Shown: positions 14,981-27,800 of the stretch, in pieces
Layout: the number at the start of each line of letters is the position of its first letter
Numbering within the stretch: the first letter of the stretch is position 1
DNA from: Lepidodermella squamata
Lineage: Eukaryota > Animalia > Gastrotricha
Direction: 5' to 3'
Assembly (NCBI GenBank): GCA_047495785.1
Contig: JBLDXI010000036.1
Coordinates: 124,001 to 188,000 of the forward strand
DNA length: 64,000 nucleotides
Position numbers and translations under genes: made by a program
Notes under the pieces: model-generated
What the model was told of the DNA's origin: nothing
Databases searched by the model: none
What the model saw: only the letters and a program-made list of their open reading frames with translations

Positions 14981-15391
14981 CAGTTCTCACATAGTGTAAA
15001 ATTGCATCAGCGGCAAGGGATTAGCGAGCCTGCTAGTTTACTTTTCTCGCTCTTGTAACGAGTGAGCTATCGCATACTTGCATTGAAAACAGTAGCGATT
15101 TCGAAGGCCGATTTCGCCAAGTGCTTAGTTTTCTACATTTTCGTAAAATAGTTAAGCTGGTAGAGAATTTTGCTGGCTGTCAGAATCAATAAACGAATTC
15201 CCGGCACCAATTTTGGTCGATTTTCTACCGAATTTCGAAAATGGCAATTCCGCGACGAAATTGCGAAATCGGCTTAAGTTTGCTGGCGAAAAATTAGGAA
15301 ATAAATTCCACTAAAGTCGAAGCGAGAAAAGTAAACAAGCAGGCTTGCTAATCCTTTGCAGCTGATGCAATTTTACACTATGTGAGAACTG
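14981..15391. mobile_element. MITE with ~70-bp TIRs
   Basis: CAGTTCTCACATAGTGTAAAATTGCATCAGC... / ...GCTGATGCAATTTTACACTATGTGAGAACTG. Confidence 0.75.
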
Positions 15392-15840
15392 CCTCTATAG
15401 CATGGCTATGGTGAAGCGATTCTGTTTGCGAATGCTGACAAAGCTATGTCATGCCAGTTCAAACACTTCAACCGAATCGGCACAACGTTCGCTTTTGAAG
15501 TTTACGATTGATAGTTGACAGAATTCGATGATGAAATAAAATAATGCCGACTTTATTCAGCTGTTTTGCGAAAATAAATATTTCATATTTCTTGAAGTTA
15601 CGGCATTTCAAGTCAATAGCATGGCCTGAATTATAGCAAGAAAAAAGCATTGAACTCAATATCAACTGACATGTTGCTCATGAGCAAGTGCAATTGGCCT
15701 TATAAGCAACATCCAGAAATCAGGTCGCAGCATAAAAGATGCCAGAAACGATAAATCACTTCAATTAAGTTTAGATATAGATGCAAAATGATTTCAAAAG
15801 AAATGACAGTGAGTAAAACTCAGACAGTCATCGATGGTAA

Positions 15841-18800
15841 TCACTCGACGGAGATCTCGCAAACGACGTGCTGTCTCATTTCAGTTACATCAAAGCACGC
15901 AGCTTGTCGCAGCAGTGAGAAGTCCGCGTTGTAATAATGAACCATCGCGCACGCTGATAGCGCTTCCGGAAGTAAAAACCAAAATACATCAGGTGTTTCA
16001 TCAATGATAGATCCATCCGCCCATTTCACAACACCATCGATATAGAATGCTCCGACCCATGCTCGATCCACGTTCAGGAATGCCATCAACTGCCTGAGTG
16101 CAGCCATGTCATCAGCTGTTTTCAGCGAAGCAATTCTCAAGTTTGCACTCTCGCACGTAGATGTAGCGTAGGTCACGTTGAAGTTGAATTCTTTCGAAAG
16201 GATCGTGTATTGCCTAACGACGCTTATGCCGGGGTAATAAGTCTCACAAATAGCGCTTTTCGAGTAGGCTTCACATAGATGATCGTTCAATTTGAGGCTG
16301 TCCAACGATTCCCAGTCATATTTGGTATATTCCACGCAGATTTCATTGCCCGGCCTGCCCGGCGCCCACAGCGGGGCAAACGCTGTAAAAGCAGAGCCGT
16401 CAATCCATTGGAAGGCGCCGGAATACTTGTCCAAGCCTATCCATCCGGATGAGAAGCCTGCAATCGCAAGAGCTGACCGAATTTGTTCTTGATCTTGCAG
16501 TGTTTTTACAGTAGCGAGTTGCCCAGATTTAGCCACACAAAGGTCTCGCGCCTCGCTGCGACTGATATCCCTTTGCTTATTAGCTATGAAGATCGTTTTA
16601 ACGGCGCTGTTGCATAATCTTTCGGAGAAGAAAAACTTATCGAGAGGGAAAGGGACTTCTTCGCGTTCGCATCCGGTAGCCGCCAATCTGCAAGTTACCC
16701 TGCCACCACTTGCTCTCGCCACGCATCTCACATAGCTACCAGTCTATATCCAATAGTTTTAAATCCAATTAAATACGTGAAAAGGCGCATCCACTTATAG
16801 GATTTTTGATTATCAGGGGAAAACCTCCCTTCTCTCAGCTCTAATGGTAAAGGCAAAAAAACCACAATGGGACCCTTCAATCCGATAATTTGGGGGCCAA
16901 AATACCATAAATATTCCGCCCTCTCTCAAAGCCCGAGGATCCTACTTCAAGACTTTCCCCGCTTGTTTTCAAGCAAAATACTTTATTGTGTTGGACGACA
17001 GTCATCAATGGCTTCATCAAAGTCGGTCAACAAAATTAGGTCCAGATACGAATTTCAATATTAAGCCAGACGTCACCTTCTGACATGTTTCGGCTTTATT
17101 AGGCCATCTTCAGGGTCTAACAACAAATTTGTTCTCTCAATGTACAGTTCAAATGCGAGCAACAAGACAAGGGTTACCTGTGTTCGTCACTAATCATCAA
17201 CAACAAGAATAAGGGTGTAATCAGTCGTACTCGCATTTGAACTGTACATTGAGAGTACAAATTTGTTGTTAGACCCTGAAGATGGCCTAATAAAGCCGAA
17301 ACATGTCAGAAGGTGACGTCTGGCTTAATATTGAAATTCGTATCTAAATGATTTCGCTATTCCATCAAACCGTGCGCTTCATAATTAGGTCCCATATTCA
17401 GCAATGGTGGCCCGTAGTAACATTTTGAACTTATATAATTAATAATGCAAATGAGTTTGAAAAAATCACGAAACAAGGTTATTTTTTCCTCGAACCTTTT
17501 GCTGGTAAATTTTTCTTGTTTCCTATTTTTTCAAACTCATCAATTTATAGTTCAAAATTCAAAATGGTGCTACGGTGATGGCTTTTGTGATTTATTTCAT
17601 TTTATTTTTATTTATGAGCATTAACATCCACGGGGTGTAGGACAGCTCCTACAATTTCGAGAATTGATTTCGAGAAAAAATCTTGAAAGAATCTTACCGG
17701 AGGCACATAGGTCTCGCAGATGCCTGCGTTGGTGTATTTGTCCGAACATGTTACGTCGAAAAGATACCGATCGGGTTGCTGTGCCGTCAGTCTCGGATCC
17801 AACTTGTAGACGCCACACGAGCCATCACCCGATGGTTCTTCGAAGCCCCACTGGGATGTCAGATTTTCAAGCGACGCTCCATCCATCCAGGTCAACAGAT
17901 TTTCGCGACGAGCCAGGCCGACCCAGGCTTCATTAATCGACTGCTTTGTCATCAAACTGCGAATTTGCTCTTGCTCGCTTGCTGTTTTGATCGAGGCTAA
18001 TTGACCAGATTGTTCAGAGCACTGCCGGTTAGCTGAGTACCACGACATCGAGTCCGAAATCACGGCGAACAACTGTTTTACCACATTATGACAAGCGGCT
18101 GCGCTTTCGTAAACAGACCCGGACGGGAAGGCATATTCGTCTAGAGAACAGCCCGGCGTTGTAGAGCGGCAATTAACTTGGCCAGTAGAAATTGAAACAC
18201 AACGAGTGAAGCCATCCTTGATCAAAAAAACAAATACCAGTAAATAATATTTTAATTGTTGACAGTAACTGGGACTTGACTTGACTAGAAAAATCAAGTC
18301 AAATTTTGCATTACTCAAGTCAAGTCTTTGATCAAGTCAAGTCATTTTTTTATTGACCAAGTCAAGTCAAAGTCAAGTCGCATGGTGGACAAGTCAAGTC
18401 ATTGATCAAGTCAAGTCATTATAATTCCTGCCAGGTCAAGTCAAGTCAAGTCAATTCAAGTCTAAGTCGAGTAGCATTAATAATCCATCGATGAACTGAT
18501 CAAACTGACTTTTCTTTAATGGTGGTTAACAAAAGACGTCCGAGACTTGAGGGGAGAGGAGGGTGGGGCCCTGAAATTTGGACGCGCCAAGTCGGACGAC
18601 AGTAAATAGCTGTAACTATAGCAACAGCATTAGTGCGTCGTTGAGCTGTGGCATTAGTCCGCGCAGCGCACATGCTCCGCATTATTGCGCGCACCTGTTA
18701 TGCAACCAATAGCCTCACGTCTGCGCACGCCAACATTGTCGCGCCCGTGTCTTTCAGCCAATCAGAGAGCGAGTTTATCTGAATGCTAATAAGTCAGCAC

Positions 18801-21800
18801 TATAGCATTCAGGTGTACCAATCAGCTAATATCATTTAGGCGCTCCTCAGTACCCAGCGCGCACTAATGCCAGAAAAATTAGACACCGAAAGACGCCATG
18901 CAATGACTGCTGGCGGCTATAGCAGATATAGTAATGACTAACCACCTTCAAGCCGCGCAGGGGAATTATGAGGTATTTTCTGGTATTTTTCAGTTTTTTT
19001 GAAAAACCGGTCAAAAACCGGTAGAACGGGCCGTTCCCGGCCCGTTCCGTTCTGGCTTCCACAGTTCGCAGGTCCGGTCTGTGTCTGAAATTCCGGACCT
19101 GTTTCCAACACTGGGTCGAAAAAGTGGCAAATTTCAGACGTCTTTTATGAACGACCGATAACCAAAAGGACTAATATTTACTGGGTAGCAAGTAGCAAAC
19201 GGCCGGCTTCAACTCACGCGTCAAGTCATATGATGACTTGAAATGACTTGAAGTGACTTGATCAAGTCACAGGTGTTGCCAAGTCAAGTCATAGTCAAGT
19301 CAAGTCAAGTCAAGTCCCAGTTACTGATTGTTGAGGAATTCAAACTAATTTCATGAAATTAAGCCCGTTTGGGGAGTCTTTCCAAGATTTTATCCAAGAT
19401 TTTTTCGTAGAAATCCCCAAAAACTCGATGTTAACAATGATTATTGGATTTTTGGGTCAAATATCATAGGATTTTTTTAACCATTAAACCTTGAACATGA
19501 GGCATACTTGAAAAAGAAACGTACTAGCTACCAGCCTTGAAGCATCTTAGATTTTTCTGATTGTCCGTTATATATGACCTCTTCCTCTCATTCTAGAGTT
19601 TCTGAACCCTTTTCTGTTTTTATTTTTATTCGCCCACTTATGTGACACGCTGTATTGGGAAGAAGATGCGTGGTGATTTGAGATTTCAAAGAGATATATC
19701 GCTTATTTAACTCGTCTAATCTGAAACTCAGGAATAAGCCTAAGAAATTGCTTCAACAAACCGGCGTTGTTCGTTTGACGAATGTCTCACAGAGCGAAAA
19801 CCTTTTCTGGTCGCGACAATTGGCGATTCGGACATGGAAATCGGCCGGATGATGGCTTGAGGCGGCAATGAACTCGAGGCTAGAGCATGAGCCATTGCCA
19901 ATCAGCTCCATAAAGCCCCATGGTGTAGGCAGATTGCTGTACAACTCGCGATCTATCCATCGCTTCTCCGAGGCTTTGGTAAGACCTATCCAAGCTGAAG
20001 TCATCGAATTCGCATTGACAACTTTCCGAGCTTGCGCCAATTCAGTGAGAGTCTTGATAGTAGCCAGCTGCCCGTTCCGTAATTGGCACTGACCGTTCGC
20101 GTCATGCCAGCCAGGTTGTTTGCTCAACTCGAGGAGAAAATAGGATTTCATCGCGTTGTTGCATTCTTCAGCACTCGAGAATGAGGTGTCCAAGGGCACT
20201 GTTAACTCATCTCGGAGACAGCCAGCCGGCCATGGTCGACAGGTAACGGCACCGTTAGCTGATCGCGAAACACATCGAGCGTAACCAGTCTGTTAAACAA
20301 ATGGAATAAATCAGTTTTAAACTAAGAGTACTGACAGTCAACTTCTGACATCAATTTCCGACCACGCTCAGCCTCAAGGCAGTGGCATCCAGCAGAAGGG
20401 TGACTCTTCATAATATTTCAAAAGATTCCCTAATTTTAAAAACCTTAGCCAAGGTGGTAAACGCCAAAAGGTTCACGTGGAGGACCCTTTGGTCATGAAA
20501 TTTGGGCCTGAAATAACTCTTAGTTCGAAGATCCTACTTCGCACACTGCTCGAATTCATCCCCATATCGTTTTTGGGTTTACCATCCACTTGGGAATAAT
20601 AACAATATGGACTGGAAAGTAGCGGAAAATTCATCTGATCGAGGCAAAAAATAAAATTTTTGCGAGTGAGGCAAAAAATGTATGAGGGTTTGTAGCAATA
20701 ATAACAAGGCCTCAGCTTAGTCTCCCATTACATTCATTTTTTTCAGGTAGACGAGACCATTAGCGATCTAACTGCTTCTCAGGTGAGGGTTCTATGACAA
20801 TGGGACTTGAATTTTTAGATTCCTCAGCTCACGAGGAATCTTTTGCCTCACTCACAAAAATCTTACTGTTTTGCCTCGATCAGATGAATTTCGTCTCGTG
20901 TAGACATTCCATGACTTCGACTGTCAAGAAGTGTCGAGTCCAGTAGACCTCCTCAGTGTGCGACTTTCAGGGGGATAGTGGTATATCATCACCCCAGCTA
21001 GGCCGGGTCAGACAACAAAATGAGAATTTATCTCAATATTTAATTTGTTGAGTTAATTTTGAGAGATTTTTTAGCTTGTTCTCGTAGAATATCTTCAAAA
21101 GTTTTTCGCTTCGCTCGCTTTATTGTTCAGTGCGCGAAGTAGGATCCTCGAGCTAGGGGGTATTTTCGGGCCCAAATTTTATGACCAAAGGGTTCCCCCT
21201 GTGGTTTTTTGGGGGATTTTCCACTTTGGCCTTGTGAACTGGGGGGTACGATACCCCTCATCCCCCCCCCCCCCCCCCCTCCCCCCGTACTTCGCGCACT
21301 GTTATTGTTAACATGACCAGAACGCTAATCAAGCTGCAGCTTCCCTGCCGGCGGGTCAGCCCACGAAGCAGTTATCGCAGAACGCCAGTGATCAGACACC
21401 CCCCTCGGGACAGAGCTCCTCTGCTGCAGTTGCTACCGAGCCGACAACACAGAACCCTGATCAAGTCGCTGCTGTTGCCAAGAAGCAAGCATCAAAGAAC
21501 GTTGATGCTCAGGTGGCCTCCGCGAGACAAACCTCCACCGCTGCAGCTGCCTCCAAGCAAGCAGAAAATCAGAACCAAGCAGCTACAAGTGGCAAACCGA
21601 CAACGCAGAACGCTGCTGCAGTTGCTAGCAATTCGACTAGCTCAAAGGCAACAATATCAGAATCGGAACCTGTAGAACGTGTCATAGCAGTCGTCGAATA
21701 CACATACACATTTCATCATGAACAAAGGACGGCAACATTCCCGCCACAGTTGGATTACGGCATGCCGTTCCTATTTCTGTATACAGATGTTATTGACGAT

Positions 21801-24800
21801 GTGTATGTCGGGAATACTCGAACGCCCCTGCTGCGTGTAATACCGACAGAAAAAGCGAGTGACAAGAGCAGTTTCTTCTCTAAAACATTTGAAAAGCCCA
21901 TATTTGTTCCGATTAAGCGTCGTGTGTTATCCGTAATTGAAATTCAGATATATAAAGACTCAGGGTTACCTGTAAAATTCGTCAGTGGTAAAGCAGTCAT
22001 CTTAGTGCAAATTAGACCTATAGCTAAATAAAGAATAAATCATGCAATCAGCTGATGCATACGAAGCCTTTTTGTTACAGCAAAGTGGTTATGGCATAGA
22101 ACCTTTTCGCGGCCAGTCCATTGTTTTTCCCACATATCAGGTATGAAAGATGACGAGTACCTACCAAATGAAGCTGTATTGCGTATGTCGTTAATAGACA
22201 GGGAATGGTTTCGGGAGTGTTGCAGCTGGGTTTTTCCGAAACCACATAATTCCGCTTCTCGGCCCCATTTTTCGCAACTTATCCCATACGACGGCGAATA
22301 TTGCAACCGACCTGTTGGAAAACAATAACGCGAATCCAAGGGAAATACTGAAAAAGAGAGCTGTAGAAGGATTGAAAGGAGTTGCCAAAGATGTTATAAC
22401 CAAAGTCGGATCTCAAATCGGGAGCGGCAAGCGTCATCGCCGTCGGCAAAAGAAGAAGCCAGCGGTGAATAGAAAGAAGAAGAAGAGCACGAAGCGGGTC
22501 TATTTTTGAAAAAGTGTATATAAAGGGATGCCGAACACTTGTAGAATAAACATCGATTAGCCATGTACGTCCATCCGTCATCGGAGAATGCCATACGCGC
22601 CGAGCTCAACGTGTTCACGTTAAACCCGACGCAAGTGGAAATAGAGAGTAATTACATTACAGAATACGGGCCAGTGTCAGCAATAGCCAATCAGTCGCGA
22701 ATCGATTTTGACATTCCACCCAGCAATGATTGGACCGATCTCAGTCGCTCGTACGTTGAAATAACGTGCAAAATCACGCACGTTGACACAGCCAAAGCGT
22801 CTGAGGAGATCAAATGTGGCCCAATAAATCTGCTGTTGCACAGTATGTTCAGCCAGGTCGATATGAGCATCAACAATACACAGATTAGCGAACCGGCTCC
22901 GACTTACAACTACAAGGCCTTCATTTCGACCTTACTGAGCTATGATCTAGCTGTAAAAGACAGCTATTTGGCGCTGCAGGGATACTATGCTGACGAGGCT
23001 GGCAAAGTCAGCGATCCTGCGGGAAACGGTCACACAAACCGACTTGCATGGGCCAAAAAAGGCGAAATGGTTCTTATCGGCAAGCCGCATTTAGAGCTAT
23101 TCTCTCAACCAAAATTCCTAATTCCAAACACGCCATTCAAGCTAACGTTTGTGCGAGCATCGGATGCGTTTGTTCTGATGCAAGCTGAGGCTGAAAAAAA
23201 CAAGTACACGTTGACTGTCACCGATGCCAAGCTCAAGCTGCGGCGTGTTCGGGTTTCACCGCAATTCACGCTGGCACTGAACCGCACTCTGACAAAAACA
23301 ACAGCGAAATACGGCGTCAACAGGTCTTTTATAAAGATCCTCAACTTGCAGAAGGGATCCTTAAACTACAACTTGGGACACGTCATACTGGGAAAAATTC
23401 CTAGGCGATTAGTAATGTGCTTTGTAAGCGATAAAGATTTCAAAGGTCATTCGAACAGCAGTCCTTACAATTTCAAAAATCCTGGCGTTCAACGAGTCTC
23501 CGTTACGATTGACAGTGAGCATGTCCCGAATAGTCCCCTGGAAATTGGCGAAAGTGAAAATAATGCTGCCCGGGCATTGAACGCTCTCCGGGAGACAATT
23601 TTTCCCTATTCGAGCAAAACTAACGGAATCAAGCTGTCGGAATATGCCAAGGACGGATTTTCGTTCCTAGGGTTCGACCTGTCACCAGATTCGAGCCGTA
23701 GCGCTTACAGTCTAGTAAAAAGCGGAGTCTTGAACATTGATATTCTACTTAAATCGGCATTGGAAGACAATCTCATTCTATTGTGTTACTTTGAAACCGA
23801 TCAAGTGATCGAATTGAATTTCGCAAGAAACGTTTTGGTGGACTTTACATGAATCTTCAACTGAATACTCTTCAATTGGATTGTCTAATGTCTTGTGACA
23901 AAGTCATTAGTAAACTTGCTGTAAAAAAGACTATTCCCTGGGACTATTTACCGCAATATCAGAAAATGAGCGAGCGACCAATGGCGTTGATAGTAAATAC
24001 CGACGCAGCTGGCCAGCCTGGAAGTCACTGGCTATCAATATACATCCCGCATAAGTTGGAACCAGCGTCGCTATTTGACAGCTATGGACAGCGAGGATTT
24101 TACTACAATGAAGCGATTGAAAATTTTTTGAACGAGATCAACGGGCATGGTTATTACAACTATAATGGGCGAAAATATCAGAGCGAAAACACTGCGGTCT
24201 GTGGCTATTACGCTTATTGGAGCTTACATTGGTTATCTCGCGGCGCAACGCTGGAAAAACTAGCATCGATGTTGAATCAGCAACACGTTTCGGATACGTT
24301 TGTTGTCGAACAAGTGACGAAGCTATTTAAAGTGAGCAAAGCTGAAAACATGTCGCGGTATTTTGGCAACTGTAAGGGACATCAATCATGTCAAGCAATG
24401 TGCCAGCAGAGACTGACTTTTCGCTAAGCTTGGAGGCGCCGTTTTGTTCACTTGTCATCGGTCCTAGCGGCGCAGGAAAGTCATGGCTTATTAGAAAAAT
24501 GTTGAATGATCCTGAATCTATATCCCCGCCACCGAAAGCTATTTTATGGTTCTATGGCGTTGATACAAAAATGCACGCAGAGGTCAAGGAAGAAGTGGAG
24601 AAAAGTCGCGGCATAACGATTGAATTTAGAAAAGGCTTGGAAAATCTCAATTTTGACGAATTTGAATCGAGCGCAAATGCAGGCGATCATACACTGCTCA
24701 TCATAGACGACTTGTATGATACGGGAAGAAATGACCCGAAAATTCATCAACTATTCTATCGCTATTCGCATCACATGCAGTTGTCCGTGTTTTTCACGCA

Positions 24801-27800
24801 ACAAGCAATATTCAGCAAAGGAAAGGTTTCCAAGGAGATGACCTTGAACGCCAAATATTTGTTCATATTCCGCCATCGGGCAGATCTTACAGCATTTCGC
24901 TATCTTGCAATGCAATTGGAACCGTTGCGCTGGCGTTTTCTAGTCGAAAGCTTCGAAATTGAAACTAGTAAAGGCGGCCATCACTACTTGTTAATTGATT
25001 TGAGCCCAAACTGCCCTGAATATATGAGATATAGGACTGGTGTGGGGAGCTATCCGGGAGTTGTTTATGTGCCGAAATGATCCAATAAAATGTATATATA
25101 AATAAGAAGTCTTGTTTCGTAAGTGATCCTGCGAAGTATGCGTAGAAAGCTTGGAAAGTCACACAGGATTTTAGGTTTTGTCAGGGAAATTCTCAGAGCA
25201 AAGACTCACGACAGACGTCGGCAACTGTTATCAATAGCCCCTGATACCGTGATAAAATTAATTTGCGAGATTTGTCTCAACCTCGCCAATAAAAATTTAC
25301 TGATACCGTCAAATCAGGCCAGGAAATTGCGTAAATTTAAAAAATCAATCGAGAAATTGAGCAAAACCGATACGACAGTCAACGGTAATCGGGAATATAT
25401 TGTTCAAAAAGGCGGCGCAGCCTTTGTAGTGCCTCTACTGACAGCCGCAGCTGGTTAGTGTTTTTTGTTTATGACCACCATTTAGCAGCTTTCCAAGCGC
25501 AAATTTAGGTTTACTGCCCACCGTTGTTGAATCGATCATCAAAGCAGCGCGCAAATGATCAAATCAACATCAACATCGGGCCAATACGCTAAGCGGTACA
25601 GTTTGGTGCCTGGGACACTAGTTGACGGATCGAAATCAACCATTGAAACGGAAAGCAAGCGGATAATTAAGGAGGCTTCTGAACCGGCGCAGAAAGGACA
25701 ACTCAAGCGTAACGCAATGCAAATGCTAAATGCGTTATCGGACAACAATGAAGATGACGCTCGCGAAAAGTTGTATAAATTCAACTCGGCTTTTCGCGAC
25801 TTCGAGCGAGCTGTAAGAGAGTTGAAAATTGCCGAATCGATCAAAGCTGAGGAAGATGAGAACGAGGAGGAAGATGAAGATGAGGAAGTGGGAGAAGAAG
25901 AAGATAGTCAGGTCATAAGTCCTAAGGAATCCTCAACGCCTATTTTGCGGAGGGCATCAAAGCTTAGTTTCATCAAAACAAGTCCGAAGCCGGAACAGGT
26001 GAACGGAAACGATGACGGAAATGAGGATGAAATTCCAGTTAAAATACCTAGAGCTGAAAATAAGAAAATTGTACTTGAGAAACTCGCGGATCAGACTATT
26101 ATAGATCATTTCCCAACAGAACAACGTCGAAAAGAAGTAGCGAGGATTTTGAACCATTTGAGGGGACAAGACAAACCGAAAAATGTATTCATTACGGACG
26201 ACAATGCTAAAATTATGCTCATGAACAACACTGGAACCTTGTCAGATTCCTGGGACTTGGTTGATTTTTTGGACAAAGCCACAAACAAGAAGATGAATTT
26301 GAGCGAAACAACACGGGGAAGAATCCGTAATTTTGTACGAGTTGGACAGCTGAACGCGACTAATCCATTAGTTTCCGCATCTCCTCGTGACATCCGAAGC
26401 CGTAATGATACAAAGCAAAAGAAGAATAAGACTCCTCATCCAACAAACAGTCAACCCGGCAAACAGAAGGGAGGTAAATGGCTAGCATGGACTCCTAAAA
26501 TTTCAAATCGACTAAAATTGGACTAAACTTTAACTCGTTATGACTGTTACACATGCTAGCGTTAATGAATTGTGTGGTTTCCGATCCCATTTCTCCGTGA
26601 CCTAAGTAAAGAGACCTTAACATGAAAAAATTAGCCTTTTCGAAGTAATTACTATCATGGCAATGTCCAAAAACATGAACTTTTGGTTTGACTCGGGACA
26701 GAACGTGATTAGTCAAGGCCAGGCAGCCCATTCGATCCCCAGCAAGAGTTTTGTCCAGGATTCCTAACGGAGGGCAATGTGTTACCAGCACATCGGTGTC
26801 GGCTGGAATCATGCGCCATTTTTCATCAATGTCAACGCCCCGATTTCGTGTGAACGCTGAATGCCAGCAGCTGTCCACGGTTGGGGTCCTAACAGTACTG
26901 ATCTCAGTTTTAGGGTTTGATTGTATTAACAAATTTCTTACCAGGGAGAACCGTAAATCTTCACGTCGTCAACCGTGATCGAGTTGTCTTGAAGATAGGT
27001 GCAATTTTTGAAATCATATTGTCGATCTTGTAGACAACGATCGTGGTTTCCGCCGATCGCGATAATTGCTCGAAAGGATGACCTGATTTCGGACAATAGG
27101 TCATCAAACGCTTTCATTTCTTGCACGGTTCCAAATTTAGAAATATCGCCGGCATGAACCAAAACATCAGCAGTCGCGGTGGGTCGTAAGAACGGTAAGA
27201 AGTTCCCATTATGAGTGTCCGACACGCACAGTAGGCGAAGAGACGGCTTTGCACCGTCGAATATGCGACGTGGCTTGTCAAGCTGGTCGAGAGGCTATAA
27301 ATCGTGATATTTTTACAACTCCTCGTTCTAATAGAAGAACCAACTTACTTCAAATGATTTCACTATTCCCCAAGCAAAATTCGGGTGCATCGGTGAAGTA
27401 TAGTTAATCCTCATTGCATAAAATATGCTAAAATAGATTGATACAAGGGAGCGTTAGTGCATCTTTTTAATTGGTCAAAAATCTGCATCGACAGAAAAAG
27501 TGCGATCAGCAAAAGGTTTTGAGCTCATCACACCCATCTTCTGATACTCGCCGACTCGTTTCTCGAAAAAATTGGTCTTTCCATCTAGCGAAATGTTTTC
27601 CATAAAGTCAAAGGGATTCAAAGTATTGAAAACCGTTGGACAATCAAGCTCTACGAGAAGACGATCAGCCACAAACTCAATATACTGATTCATCAGTGTA
27701 CGATTAATACCAATTAGAGCACAAGGTAAAGCATCCACAAGGAATTCTTGCTCAATTAGGACAGCCTCGCGAATTATCTCAGTGATACGCATGACACTAG

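Noticed and set aside
10444-15665. Short ORFs between the two lectin genes
   Set aside because: They are AT-rich, lie in MITEs or repeat fragments, and have no recognisable domains or exon chains.
18270-19320. CRISPR-like or satellite array of GTCAA units
   Set aside because: These are 5-bp subterminal repeats of a hAT element with TIRs and an 8-bp TSD. There are no unique spacers and the context is eukaryotic.
21313-21675. 120-aa basic ORF with its own ATG
   Set aside because: It is a shifted frame of the low-complexity penton segment; the penton frame is the one continuous with conserved motifs.
24388-24410. ATPase N-terminus MSSNVPA is identical to the start of human UBL3
   Set aside because: It is a seven-residue match in a region overlapping the protease gene, with no further similarity. 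Treated as coincidence.
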